DNA of 64,000 nucleotides from Gemmatimonadota bacterium (GCA_039589315.1 JBDHHQ010000015.1:32001-96000); one strand, 5' to 3'. Shown: positions 38,103-49,674, counted from the stretch's first letter. The notes: generated by a model not told the origin, from the sequence alone. Numbers and translations: made by a program.

Positions 38103-38103
38103 C

Positions 38104-38521
38104 TCAGGGACACGCCTCCTCGAGGAGCTCGACGTTCCGGAGGCCCTCGGCTCCGTCCACCTCGGGCTCTCTGCCCTGGCGGATCGCTTCGCCGAAGTGC
38201 TCCAGCTCCCCGACGTACGGGTCGCACGGCGTGTAGAGCACCGAGCCCTGCCGGGTCTCTACCCGTCCCTTGCCGTGCGGACCGAGGGTACCCGTGGCCA
38301 GCGCATAGCCCTCCGCGCCGTATACCTCCACACGTGACGGCGCGCCGAAGAGCACGGACGAGGTGAGCTCCGCCGTAGCTCCGGACTCGAAGCGGAGCGC
38401 GAGCACCGCGGTCTCATCGTGGGGCCCGCCCCAGATCGCCTGCGAATGCACGAGTGGCAATGCCACCGGTGCCGAGGAGCGCGAGGTTCAGGAGCTCGGC
38501 GTAGTTCACGAGCCTCGCCAT
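38104..38521 (-). pseudogene. Gfo/Idh/MocA oxidoreductase with large internal deletion and frameshift
   Basis: GGAGG+ATG at 38521 gives MARLVNYAELLNLALLGTGGIATRAFA (Rossmann GxGxxA), which abuts in another frame the C-terminal part DETAVLALRFESGA...EVYGAEG...HFGEAIRQGREP...EGLRNVELLE. Confidence 0.85.
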
Positions 38522-38599
38522 CCTCCGCCTCCGTCTCCGCTCTCCAGATTCGCCTTGCTGCAATCGACTGACCACCTGATGAGGGCCTTCACGCGGGCC

Positions 38600-39897
<1,298 letters not shown>

Positions 39898-39898
<1 letters not shown>

Positions 39899-40503
39899 CA
39901 GCCGCCCTCTGGCGCTTCCGGCGCCCCATGGGGGCTGGCAGGGCCATGAGGATCGTGGGGAGGCACCGAGTCCGATTCGGCAAAGCCACCGCCCCGCAGG
40001 ATGCCGATCTGCTTGATCGCCTCGCTGATCCCCTGGAGAAGCAACAGGGCGAAGCAGATCAGGATGACGGTCTTGATCGGGTACCGGGCCAGTCCCCCCG
40101 GATCCGGCGACGTCTCACGGATCGACCAGGAATTCCGGACCGGAGGCCATGACACGTACAGCATCAGCACGCTGAACGGGATCAGGAACAGGATCGTCCC
40201 GAACAGGTCGATCCACGCCCGACGGCGGGCACTCAGGCGCTCGTACATGACGTCTACCCGCACGTGCGCCCCGTACTTCAGCCCCCAGGCGGCCGCCAGG
40301 AGGAACACAAGGCTGAACATGTACCACTGTAGATCCAGGAAGGCGTTGGAGCTCAGGGAGACGCCGGCGAAACGGGTCGCGTACCGCAACAGCGCGTTTG
40401 CGGAGCCCACGACGACCATGGCCAACGTCAGCCACTGGATGACGCCGCCGATCCGGTCGTTCATCCGGTCGATGGCTGCGGAGAACCTCAGGAGCTGCCT
40501 CAC
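39898..40503 (-). CDS. dctQ: TRAP transporter small permease
   Basis: LQWYMFS, AHVRVDV, four TMs; GTG overlaps the DUF885 TGA and its TGA overlaps the dctM ATG. Confidence 0.92.
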
Positions 40504-42314
40504 GGGGTCCCCCCGGCCCGCCGATCGTCCAGCCATCGGTCGACGCGCCGTTCGAGCACGATCATGGGTAACGACCCATGCTCCATCAGGGCCTCGTGGA
40601 ATGCCGACAGTTGGAACGCATCCCCCTGGGCCGCTTCGGCCCTGGCGCGCAGATCCACGAACATGCGCTTCCCCATCTGGTAGCCGAGGGCCTGTCCCGG
40701 AATGTCCGTGGAGTAGCGAAGGGACTCGGTGGCGATCTGGGTCTCCGACTCCAGCGTGTTCTCCCGCATGAACTCCCGTCCCTCTTCGAGGGTCATGCCG
40801 AAGTAGTTCATGCCCGGGTCCACAACCAGGCGAGTCGCCAGGAAGCTCTCGAGAGCGTAGAGCCCGTAGCGGGAATAGGGGTCCTGGTAGACGCCAGCCT
40901 CCAGGCCGAGAAACGACGCATAGGAGCCCCATCCCTCGGTGTACGCGGTGTGTCGGCGCGAGCGCCGGAGCTCTGGGAGCGCCCGATTCTCCATTTGGCG
41001 CGCGACGTGGAAGTGGTGGCCAGGGATGAGCTCGTGGAGCCCCACCGCCACCAGGTTGATCCAGCTCCGCTCGTCCAGGCGGGAGCCGTTGAAGTTGTAG
41101 TAACCGGCAGGGTCGGCATCCGACGGCGGATTGTAGAAGCCGTACGTCATCGTGGGCTCGAGGTCGGCGCGCAGTCGGCGGACGCCGTAGGGCGCTTGCT
41201 GCGTCACCTCGAAGTAGTGGTGGATGCGCCCCCACATGGAGTCCGCGGCGCTCTTCAATCGCTCGGCGACCTCGTCGGGTGACTCCGGAAAGAAGCGGGG
41301 GTCGGTCCGCAGCATGGCGTGGAACTCCTCACGCGTGCCTCCGAACCCCACTTCGAGCCGAATCTCTTCCATGCCCCGGCGAAGGTCGGCGAGGAGCTCG
41401 CGCCCCACTTGCTGCACCTCCTCCGGCGTCACCTCCATCGTGGTGTTGAGCCGAGTCAAGTAGCGATAATACTCGACCCCTCCCGGGTACCGGGTCAGGC
41501 CCACGCCCTCGGGAGCCAATGCCCGGTAGGGACCCTCCAGGTAGTCGGCCAGCGATCGGTAGGCCGGGGCCACCTCCTCGTCCACGAGCCTACGCAGCTC
41601 GCTGTGAAACGCCGCTCCATCGGTCTCCGCCAGACCCTCGAGCCGTTGGTCCGATGGCCAGAGCATGCTCTCTTCGGCGGATACGGCCTGGGCGCGCCAC
41701 GTGGCGGCAACGTTGTCGAGGTTGGCCCGGGAGACCGCGATGCCCCGTTCTGCCTGACCCCGCGCCCGCTCCTCCGTCGCTGTAATGAACGCCGGCAGCC
41801 TCCGCACCAGAGCCAGGTACGCCTGGGTCTCCTCTTCGGTGGTCAGGGGAAGAGCCGGATACAGCAGTCCCAACGTCCTGAGATGAGACGCGTAAGGGGT
41901 CAGGAAGCTCTCGAGCCAGAAGTGCTCCACGCCTTCCACCGCCATGGAGGTCTCCCACAGCAGGGCCTCGAGGGTAAGCTCTTCGGAGAGGGTGAGGTCC
42001 GCCCGCTCCACGGCGGCCAATCGAGACAGGAAGCCCCGTTGCACCTCGGCCTCGGATCCCGCGTCCGCGAATGAGACGGGCGGCAGCTCGGTGACCGGAA
42101 GCCCCCGCTGAATCCGTTCCAGCACGTCGGTCTCGATGTCGTGCGCCCACATGTCGGCAACGATGGCTTCCAGCTGGACGGACCCGCCGGGAGCGGTGTC
42201 TTGGCTCTGTGTGCACGCGCCCATCGACAGCGTCGCGCCCAGGGCCAGACCCACGCCGGCTCGATAGGGGAGTGTGACGGAGATCGTCGAACCGCGGGTG
42301 GGGAGTCGGGACAT
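40500..42314 (-). CDS. DUF885 family lipoprotein (putative metallopeptidase)
   Basis: Lipobox MGAC; HELIPGHHF, AYTEGW, RLVVDPG, PGQALGYQMG. Confidence 0.9.
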   Translation of the reverse strand: MSRLPTRGSTISVTLPYRAGVGLALGATLSMGACTQSQDTAPGGSVQLEAIVADMWAHDIETDVLERIQRGLPVTELPPVSFADAGSEAEVQRGFLSRLAAVERADLTLSEELTLEALLWETSMAVEGVEHFWLESFLTPYASHLRTLGLLYPALPLTTEEETQAYLALVRRLPAFITATEERARGQAERGIAVSRANLDNVAATWRAQAVSAEESMLWPSDQRLEGLAETDGAAFHSELRRLVDEEVAPAYRSLADYLEGPYRALAPEGVGLTRYPGGVEYYRYLTRLNTTMEVTPEEVQQVGRELLADLRRGMEEIRLEVGFGGTREEFHAMLRTDPRFFPESPDEVAERLKSAADSMWGRIHHYFEVTQQAPYGVRRLRADLEPTMTYGFYNPPSDADPAGYYNFNGSRLDERSWINLVAVGLHELIPGHHFHVARQMENRALPELRRSRRHTAYTEGWGSYASFLGLEAGVYQDPYSRYGLYALESFLATRLVVDPGMNYFGMTLEEGREFMRENTLESETQIATESLRYSTDIPGQALGYQMGKRMFVDLRARAEAAQGDAFQLSAFHEALMEHGSLPMIVLERRVDRWLDDRRAGGTP

Positions 42315-42401
42315 GGCCTCCACCCTACTGTCCGCAGGTATGGGGGAGCAAACACGAAGGCTGATCGAAGGCATGGGCTTGCCGGTGAGCCATGCGGCGC
42401 A

Positions 42402-43760
42402 TCATAGCACGCCCAGGCCCACGAGCAGGACGGCACCGACGGCGGCCGGAATGACCCATCTCACGAGCGGCCTCCACGAGGCGCTCACCCTGAACCGGCC
42501 GCTTCCTTCGTTGGTCTCGCTGCGGAAACGATCGAATCCCCAAATGAAGCTGGCGTAGAGGGCCATGAGGAAGGCGCCCGACGTCAGCAGATAGTTCCCG
42601 GAGAGCCCGTCGATGAAGGTGAACAGATCCTGGTCGGCCACCCGGAGGGAGCTCCGGGGGCCCTGCGAGAGGATGACGGGGATGGAGAGGAGCCACGCCC
42701 CGACCGCGAGGGTCGTGGCTGCTCCCTTGCGAGTGAGGCCGAGCGAGTCCCGGAGCGTGCTGGTCAGCACCTCGAAAGCGGCGATGAGCGAGGTGAACCC
42801 GGCCACCATGAGCAGTGCGAAGAAGGCGAGGCCGAAGAGTCGCCCAGCCGGCATCTGATCGAACAAGGCCGTCATGGTCACGAACAGGAGGCTCGGTCCC
42901 GAATCGGGCTGCATGCCGAACGCGAACAGCGCCGGGAAGATGACGAGGCCCGCGAGGAACGCCATACCCGTGTCGAACGCGACCACGGCGACCACGCTAC
43001 CGGGTATGTCGCTGCTGCCGGGTGGCAGATAGCTCCCGAATCCGAACGCGGCCGCCATGCCGATGCCGATCGAGTAGAAGGCCTGGCCCAGGGCCGCCAG
43101 CGCCACCCGACCGTCGATGGCCGAGAAATCGGGAGTCAGGTACCACGCCACACCCCGCGCTGCCCCCGGTAGCGAGAGGGACCACGAGGCCAGCCCGACG
43201 AGCATCACGACGAGGACGGGCATCGCGATCTTCGCCAGGCGCTCCAGCCCCGCCTGGAGCCCTCTCCGCACGACGACCGTCATGGTCGCGACGACGGCGA
43301 AGGATACGAGGATCAGGGGCCACGGGCGTGCGGTGAAATCACCGAACACCGCCGCCGTCTCGGCCTGTGTGGACCCGAGAGGGCGCCCACTGCCGATGAT
43401 CCCGGCGTACCCTACGATCCAGGCGAGCAGCATCAGGTAGTAGGACGTGATCAGCAGGATCGTGATCACGCCGAGCCAGCCGATCAGGTTCCAGGGGCTC
43501 CAGCGCCTGCCGGTGAGCCGTTCCATGCCCGCGATGGGACTCGCCTGCGCCTTGCGGCCCAGGCTCAGCTCGGTCGTCAGAAGAGGGACACCGATGACGA
43601 CGGCGAAGACCAGGTAGAGCAGGAGGAACGCACCTCCGCCGTTCTGCCCCACGACGTAGGGGAAGCGCCAGATGTTGCCGAGGCCCACAGCATACCCGGC
43701 GGTGGCCAGGATGAAGCCGAGGCGGCTGCCCCAGCTCTCTCGCTGGGTCACCGGAGCCAC
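42402..43760 (-). CDS. Sodium-dependent transporter, NSS/SNF family (second copy)
   Basis: RESWGSRLGFILATAGYAVGLGNIWRFP, QAFYSIGIG, GPSLLF. Confidence 0.92.
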   Translation of the reverse strand: MAPVTQRESWGSRLGFILATAGYAVGLGNIWRFPYVVGQNGGGAFLLLYLVFAVVIGVPLLTTELSLGRKAQASPIAGMERLTGRRWSPWNLIGWLGVITILLITSYYLMLLAWIVGYAGIIGSGRPLGSTQAETAAVFGDFTARPWPLILVSFAVVATMTVVVRRGLQAGLERLAKIAMPVLVVMLVGLASWSLSLPGAARGVAWYLTPDFSAIDGRVALAALGQAFYSIGIGMAAAFGFGSYLPPGSSDIPGSVVAVVAFDTGMAFLAGLVIFPALFAFGMQPDSGPSLLFVTMTALFDQMPAGRLFGLAFFALLMVAGFTSLIAAFEVLTSTLRDSLGLTRKGAATTLAVGAWLLSIPVILSQGPRSSLRVADQDLFTFIDGLSGNYLLTSGAFLMALYASFIWGFDRFRSETNEGSGRFRVSASWRPLVRWVIPAAVGAVLLVGLGVL

Positions 43761-44182
43761 TCGATTACGATCCGGCTCAGCAGAGACGGTCGATAGGGAA
43801 GCTCGTCGTCACCGGGCGGCTGGCCGTTCAGCTCCAGGATGTAAGCGAGCATATCCACGTACTCCCGCGTGAGCAGGCCCCCGGGATGGTCGTCGGGCAT
43901 GGTGTTCCGGAGGAAGTCGTACAGGTTCCAGACGGGCTGTCCGTCCCACCACTCCACCACCTCTCCCCGGTACCAATCGACGGCATGGCACTCCGAGCAA
44001 ACCTGCTCGTACACGACCCGGCCGCGGGCCGCTTGCTCGGTGGTGTACACACCGTCCCTGGTGGAGCGCACCTGGCTCGTCGGGCCGTCCTGGGCCCCCT
44101 CTTGGCCGTGGGCGGGCGAAGGAGCCAACAGGCCGGCAACGCCCAGCACGAGGGCCGGAGCGACCGCCATGACGCGGTTCAC
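43748..44182 (-). CDS. Monoheme class I cytochrome c
   Basis: Signal peptide; GVYTTEQAARG, CSECH, distal Met in NTMP. Confidence 0.85.
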   Translation of the reverse strand: MNRVMAVAPALVLGVAGLLAPSPAHGQEGAQDGPTSQVRSTRDGVYTTEQAARGRVVYEQVCSECHAVDWYRGEVVEWWDGQPVWNLYDFLRNTMPDDHPGGLLTREYVDMLAYILELNGQPPGDDELPYRPSLLSRIVIEWLR

Positions 44183-44189
44183 GATCGCC

Positions 44190-46139
44190 TCACCGCGGGA
44201 GCGCCAGCGCCACCAGCTCAGCAGGATGACCGGGACCACCCACGGTCATCACGATGTACTGCCGGCCCTCGTGCATGTAGGATATCGGCAGGCCGATCTG
44301 CGCGGCCGGGAGCTCGAGCTCGGCGACCGTCTGACCCGTAGCCTTGTCCAAGGCGCGGAACACGGGATCGCCCAGGAACCCTTCGCCGGCGAACAGCAGC
44401 GAGCTCGTGACCAGGGTCAGGGCGCGAAGCGGCTTGCCCGCTCCCGACAGGTCCACCCCCTCGAGGGCGGGGTGGCTCCTCACATCCTCCTCCGCCCGAC
44501 CGTTGGGTGCGACCCAGACGTGCTCGCCGGTGTTCAGATCGATGGCTGTGATCCGGCCCCACGGCGGCTTCACCAGTGGGATGCCGTCCTCCAGACGGGG
44601 GAAGCTGAAGCGCGCGACGTACCGGAGGTCGCTGAACTCCGGGTCCGCCACCAGAGACACGAGTAGCGGCTCGGTTGCGGACGCGACGTAGATGATGCCC
44701 GTCTCCACGTCCAACGAACCCGCCTCCCAACGGGCGCCGCCACTGGCTCCGGGCACTACGAGGCTCCCGATCGTCCCATCCGGCGCCCCCTGGAGAGACA
44801 CGGGCTCGTACAGCCCGGTCAGCCGCACCCCGTCCACGGCCTCCAGCGCCATCCGACGCAGCTCCGGGGTCAGGTCGATGAGATCGTTCTCGCTGATGCC
44901 CTGGAGATCGAATGGCGCAGGCTTCGTAGGAAGGGGCTGCGTGGGCGACGTCCATTCGCCCGGCACGTCCGAGGGGGGGACGGGTCGCTCGACGATGGGC
45001 CAGATGGGTTGGCCGGTCGCCCGGTCGAAGACGTAGACGAACGCCTGTTTGGTGAGCTGAGCAACGACCTTACGGGATACCCCGTCCACCGTGACGTCGG
45101 CGAGTATGGGATGGGCGGCGATGTCGTAGTCCCAGATGTCGTGGTGGACGATCTGGTAGTGCCACGCGCGCTCCCCGGTGCCGGCGTCCAGCGCCACCAA
45201 CGTGGACGAGAAGAGGTTGTTACCGGGCCGGTGCCCACCGTACGCGTCGCTCGTGCCGGCCTCCACGGGCACGTACACGAGCCCCAGCTCGGCATCCGCG
45301 GCCAGCGGTGCCCAAGCCCCGGCGTTCCCACTGTATTCCGCTGACCCCTCCAGCCACGTGTCGTAGCCCAGCTCGCCCCTCATGGGCACCGTGTGAAACG
45401 TCCACAGGAGCGAGCCGGTCCGGGCGTCGAACGCCCGGATGTCTCCCGGGACGTTGGCTCGGGAGTCGACCCGAAAGCCCACCTGGAGGGCCGGGCCCAC
45501 GACCACGGCATCGCCGATGACCAGAGGCGGAGAGCTGTTGCCGATCGCTCCCGGCTTCGGTTCCCCTTCCCGCCAACGCAAACCCTCGAACATGTCGACG
45601 ACGCCGTGCTCCCCGAAGCCCTCGACGGGCAGGCCGGTCCCGGCGTCCAGCGCCACGAGACGGAATCCGGGAGTCACGGTGAGGATCCGGCGATCCTCAC
45701 CGTCTTCCCAGTATCCGAGCCCCCGCCCCGAATTCCGCCGAGGCGCCTTCTCCCAGCGCTCGCCTCCGTCCATCCGCCACATCCACAACGTCTCGCCGGT
45801 TCCGGCGTCGATAGCCACGACGGACCGCCGCGAGCCCGCGGTCGCATAGAGGACGCCGTCGACCATCAACGGCACGGTCTGGTTCTCGATCTCCGGGCTG
45901 GGCCCGAAGTTCCGGGCGCTCCATCGCCACGCGATCTCCAGCTCCTGGACGTTCGTCCGGTCGATCTGATCCAGCGCGCCGTACCGGGTGTTGCCGAGGT
46001 CGCCCCCGTAGGTGCGCCACTGTCCGCTCCGGACTCCCCCCTGTGCCGCGAGCGTCTGCGGCGTCACCACCAGGAAAGCCAGCACGCCGCTCCAAGCCCG
46101 ACGCACACGCTTCGGTCCATTCCCTGCGCTCAAGATCAC
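44190..46139 (-). CDS. Periplasmic PQQ-dependent dehydrogenase (glucose/quinate/shikimate family; start approximate)
   Basis: WRTYGGDLGNTRY, W-motif beta-propeller repeats, HHDIWDYD, KPPWGR, GRQYI. Confidence 0.9.
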   Translation of the reverse strand: MILSAGNGPKRVRRAWSGVLAFLVVTPQTLAAQGGVRSGQWRTYGGDLGNTRYGALDQIDRTNVQELEIAWRWSARNFGPSPEIENQTVPLMVDGVLYATAGSRRSVVAIDAGTGETLWMWRMDGGERWEKAPRRNSGRGLGYWEDGEDRRILTVTPGFRLVALDAGTGLPVEGFGEHGVVDMFEGLRWREGEPKPGAIGNSSPPLVIGDAVVVGPALQVGFRVDSRANVPGDIRAFDARTGSLLWTFHTVPMRGELGYDTWLEGSAEYSGNAGAWAPLAADAELGLVYVPVEAGTSDAYGGHRPGNNLFSSTLVALDAGTGERAWHYQIVHHDIWDYDIAAHPILADVTVDGVSRKVVAQLTKQAFVYVFDRATGQPIWPIVERPVPPSDVPGEWTSPTQPLPTKPAPFDLQGISENDLIDLTPELRRMALEAVDGVRLTGLYEPVSLQGAPDGTIGSLVVPGASGGARWEAGSLDVETGIIYVASATEPLLVSLVADPEFSDLRYVARFSFPRLEDGIPLVKPPWGRITAIDLNTGEHVWVAPNGRAEEDVRSHPALEGVDLSGAGKPLRALTLVTSSLLFAGEGFLGDPVFRALDKATGQTVAELELPAAQIGLPISYMHEGRQYIVMTVGGPGHPAELVALALPR

Positions 46140-46269
46140 GTCCCCTGGGTCGTAGCGCGGATCACGCTGCGGGGTGAGCAAGAGCGGGTGCAGCAGACCG
46201 GAAGTCAAGCCGTGGCGCCTCCCCGTGGGCGGCTGATCGAGCGAGTTCCTTGCAGTTTGACGGGAGGTG

Positions 46270-46296
46270 TGAAGAATTTCCTGCCGACCTTCGTAA
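46270..46296 (+). promoter_or_regulatory. Candidate autoregulatory ECF promoter
   Basis: TGAAGA-N16-CGTAA resembles the SigW-type TGAAAC-N16-CGTA; about 105 nt upstream of the ECF gene. Confidence 0.4.
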
Positions 46297-46400
46297 CTCC
46301 AGCATCGAGCGGTGCCTGGGCGGCGAAAGCCGCGGGCGTCCCGCGAAGCCTCGTGCCGTTTCCGCGGTGGCGAGATGCTGGAATCGAGCGGGAGCCCGGG

Positions 46401-46967
46401 GTGCACCCTGATGTCGAGAGAGAGTTGATCTTGAAGTGCCAGGCCGGGAACTCGCAGTTCTACGAGCCGTTGGTGCGCGCCTATGAGGGGCCGGGCATGC
46501 GCATGGCCGTAGGCATGATGGGCAACGTAGATGACGCGAAGGACGCTCTGCAGGAAGCATTCGTGAAGACCTATCGATCCCTGAGGCGCTTCGACCTGTC
46601 CCGGCCGTTCGGTCCGTGGTTCTTCCAGATCCTACGGAACCAGTGTAGGGACATGCTGCGTAGCCGAAGGGCGCGCTTCGACCGGGAGTCCCTCGACGAG
46701 CGGCTGGAGCTCAGGTCCGACGAGGGCACGTCCTCGCCCTCCCGGCGGAGGGAGCAATCCGAGGCCAAGGACCTTCTCTGGCAGGGCTTGGATCGGATCG
46801 GTGAGGAGCACAGGGAGATACTCGTCCTGAAGGAGCTTCAGGGCCTTCGTTATACGGAGATCGCAGGAGTTCTGGATATCCCGGAGGGAACCGTGGCGAG
46901 CCGGCTGTATCACGCGCGCCGCGCGCTGAGGGATGCGCTGGAAGCAATGGGCGCAAGGTATCCCTGA
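46401..46967 (+). CDS. ECF RNA polymerase sigma factor
   Basis: DAKDALQEAF, FGPWFFQILRN, YTEIAGVLDIPEGTVASRL. Confidence 0.92.
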   Translation: MHPDVERELILKCQAGNSQFYEPLVRAYEGPGMRMAVGMMGNVDDAKDALQEAFVKTYRSLRRFDLSRPFGPWFFQILRNQCRDMLRSRRARFDRESLDERLELRSDEGTSSPSRRREQSEAKDLLWQGLDRIGEEHREILVLKELQGLRYTEIAGVLDIPEGTVASRLYHARRALRDALEAMGARYP

Positions 46968-46982
46968 CGGAGCGAACGAACC

Positions 46983-47408
46983 GTGCAGAGCCGAATCGAC
47001 CACAGCGACCTGATGCGCTACCTCGACGGTGAGCTCACGCCCGAGGAGCGGGAGCGAATCGAAGAGCAGATGGAGCGGTCTACCGAGCTCCAACGCGAGC
47101 TCGCGGTCTACCAGGCGATGAAGTCCGACCTTCAGAACCTCACGTTTGCACCTGTGCCCGTGGGCACCTCCGTGTGGTCGCAGGTGAATCGCCGCCTTGC
47201 GCGTCCTCTCGGGTGGGTCTTCCTCACTGTGGGCGTCGTGGCCTGGACCGGGTATGCAGCCTATCTGTTCGTCACGTCCTCGGCGGCGGTCGTCGAGAAG
47301 CTGGCGACCAGTGCCGTGGGCATCGGGATCATCCTGCTGCTGGCCACCGTGATCTTCGAGCGCTACCAGGAGTCGCTCACGGATCCCTACAGGGACGTGC
47401 ATCGATGA
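46983..47408 (+). CDS. Membrane-bound anti-sigma factor (zf-HC2-like fold without Zn ligands)
   Basis: LMRYLDGELTPEE helix followed by two TM segments, directly after the ECF gene. Confidence 0.8.
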   Translation: MQSRIDHSDLMRYLDGELTPEERERIEEQMERSTELQRELAVYQAMKSDLQNLTFAPVPVGTSVWSQVNRRLARPLGWVFLTVGVVAWTGYAAYLFVTSSAAVVEKLATSAVGIGIILLLATVIFERYQESLTDPYRDVHR

Positions 47409-47731
47409 TCGTCGTAACCGTACCGACCGTGCACGGGCACCGGATCGTCAAGACGTTGGGGCTGGTCCGGGGCAGCAGCATTCGCGCCCGGCACATTGGG
47501 AAGGACATCCTCGCCGTGCTTCGCAACGTGGCGGGCGGCGAGATACGCGAGTACACGAAGATGCTGGCCGAAGCACGCGAGCAGGCGGTGGACCGGATGC
47601 TGGACGAGGCCCACACCCTGGGTGCCGACGCCGTCGTGGGCGTGCGGTTCCAGACCTCGATGGTCATGTCCGGCGCGGCCGAGATGCTCAGCTACGGAAC
47701 AGCCGTGAAGCTCGAGCCGGACACTCCCTGA
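47405..47731 (+). CDS. YbjQ/UPF0145 family protein
   Basis: LGLVRG, GGEIREY, AREQA, GADAVVGVRF, YGTAVK; ATGA overlap with the anti-sigma gene. Confidence 0.92.
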   Translation: MIVVTVPTVHGHRIVKTLGLVRGSSIRARHIGKDILAVLRNVAGGEIREYTKMLAEAREQAVDRMLDEAHTLGADAVVGVRFQTSMVMSGAAEMLSYGTAVKLEPDTP

Positions 47732-47873
47732 AGCCCACTCGGACTCGACCGCGATCAGGGCCGGCCGGGCTGTCCCGGTACCCGCCGCGTTTCGTCGTTC
47801 TTGCTGTCCGTGGGGCTTCGGCCGACTTTGGAGGCAGTCCCGGCCAGGCCCCCCCGGTGGAAGGACCAGCAGC

Positions 47874-48869
47874 GTGGCGATCCTTGCAGCCCTGCTTCCG
47901 GACGCAGCTGCTGGCGCGCGCTTTGCGTCGGCGTTGGACGATCACCACCGCGTGATTCACGCTCCGAGCTGGAAGCAGTTGCTGCGGCTCGTGATGCGCC
48001 ACCCGGTAGACCTGTGCGTGCTGGACCTCTACGATCCCTTTCGGCCCGTGTCCTTCCAGCAGCTGCAGCGCCTGAGGCGCAAGCACCCCGACCTCGCCAT
48101 CCTCGTCTACACGGACTTCACGGGACGCGAATCCGACCTCTTCGACCTCGGGCGGCTCCAGGTGCACGGCGTCCTCCAGGCGACCGGGCACGAGAGTCGG
48201 AGGCAGATCCAGGTGGCCGTTGACGGTGGGCTTGCCCGGGCCGTTGCCGCTCGGGTGGTCCAGACCCTCGAGGGTCGGCTGCCGCCGCTGGCTCTGGAGT
48301 GCATCGGTTGGGCGATCGAGCATGCGGAGGAGCAGCCCCGCGTGGTCGACTTGGCCAGAGCCGTGAGCATGACACCACGCCTGTTGGCTCGGGACCTGCG
48401 CGCGCAGGACCTGCCCACCGCCTGCCGTCTGCTCTTGTGGGGGCGGCTCCTACAGGCGGCCCGCCTGCTCGAGTCGCCGGGTACCACGGTCGATCAGGTG
48501 GCGTTTCGCGTCGGCTACGCCACCGGAGGGGCGCTACGGCGTGCCTTGAATCGCCACTGCGGATGCCCTCCGGGAGAGCTCAAGCACCGGGGTGGATTGA
48601 CGGCGGCGATGGAGGCGTTCATGGCCGAGCTGACTTGGATGGGCACTGCAGACCTGGAACCGCGGGCCAGGACCCTTCTGCGATCCCCGTTGTGGCTCAG
48701 CGATTCGACTCGGGATGCCTCCGGGGATCCTCTCGCGGCGAGCCCAAAACCTCTCGCATCGCCCGGTATCCCTCCTCGAGGAAGTACCTCACGCTCTCGA
48801 AGTCGAAGACCCCGTAGCCGTCCAGTCGCGGGCGCACGAGTCGAAGAGGCGGACCGGACCAAGCCGTGA
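47874..48869 (+). CDS. AraC-family regulator with degenerate receiver-like N-terminal domain
   Basis: VDLCVLD receiver-like strand; RLLQAARLL...VDQVAFRVGY...LRRALNRHCGCPP AraC HTH. Confidence 0.8.
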   Translation: MAILAALLPDAAAGARFASALDDHHRVIHAPSWKQLLRLVMRHPVDLCVLDLYDPFRPVSFQQLQRLRRKHPDLAILVYTDFTGRESDLFDLGRLQVHGVLQATGHESRRQIQVAVDGGLARAVAARVVQTLEGRLPPLALECIGWAIEHAEEQPRVVDLARAVSMTPRLLARDLRAQDLPTACRLLLWGRLLQAARLLESPGTTVDQVAFRVGYATGGALRRALNRHCGCPPGELKHRGGLTAAMEAFMAELTWMGTADLEPRARTLLRSPLWLSDSTRDASGDPLAASPKPLASPGIPPRGSTSRSRSRRPRSRPVAGARVEEADRTKP

Positions 48870-49560
48870 TCTTCCGCCGGCGCCGCCGGCCGGACATGAT
48901 CCCGAACACGCGTTGGTGCACGCCCACCATCCCCTGCTCGACCACGGCCGCTGGATCCTCTTTCCCTCCGGAACCCGTATCCACGGCGATGATTCCGGTC
49001 GCCCCCATGGCCGTCGCTCGCTCCAGGCCCAGCATGTCGACGACTCCGCCATCCACAAAGTAGTCGTCTCCGATCGGCACCGGGGGGTAGAGAACCGGCA
49101 GGGATGCGGATGCATGCACCGCGTCGAGGATCGAGGCATCGGTCCTCGCTCCCACACCGAACCATACCGACTCACCGGTCCTCAGGCTCACGGCGTTCAC
49201 CTGACAGGGTAGGGACAGGTCCTGCCAGTCTCCGGTCGGTAGCACGCTGGAGATGTAATCCCGTAGCACGTCGCCTCGGAACACGGACTGCTGGCGGATC
49301 CCGTTCACCCAGACGACTCGACGGTTCACCCGCACGATGTCGATCTTTCGCAGGTCCAGCGCCGCGCGTTCGAGATCCTGCGAGGGCGCCCCTCCCGCAA
49401 AGCGGCACGCCAGGAGCGCACCGATGCTCGTCCCCACGAGGCCCGCCAGGCGAAAACGTGACTCCTCGAGGGCCCGCCACACGCCGACGTGGGCGAGGCC
49501 CTTCAACCCCCCACCGCCGAGGACGAGCCAAACGCGGTCACCGAGATGGCTGGACATCAC
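48697..49560 (-). CDS. Patatin-like phospholipase
   Basis: GGGGLKG, GTSIG, ASASLP, DGG. Confidence 0.9.
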   Translation of the reverse strand: MMSSHLGDRVWLVLGGGGLKGLAHVGVWRALEESRFRLAGLVGTSIGALLACRFAGGAPSQDLERAALDLRKIDIVRVNRRVVWVNGIRQQSVFRGDVLRDYISSVLPTGDWQDLSLPCQVNAVSLRTGESVWFGVGARTDASILDAVHASASLPVLYPPVPIGDDYFVDGGVVDMLGLERATAMGATGIIAVDTGSGGKEDPAAVVEQGMVGVHQRVFGIMSGRRRRRKITAWSGPPLRLVRPRLDGYGVFDFESVRYFLEEGYRAMREVLGSPREDPRRHPESNR

Positions 49561-49674
49561 GTTGAAACCGCCTGCGAACTCCCGAGACTCCGCCCTCTAC
49601 CCGCGGTCCGCGCCGGGTCTCGGGGCCGGACCGAGGCGACCCCTGAGGAAGGTCCGAACGCACCCCGAATCCTC

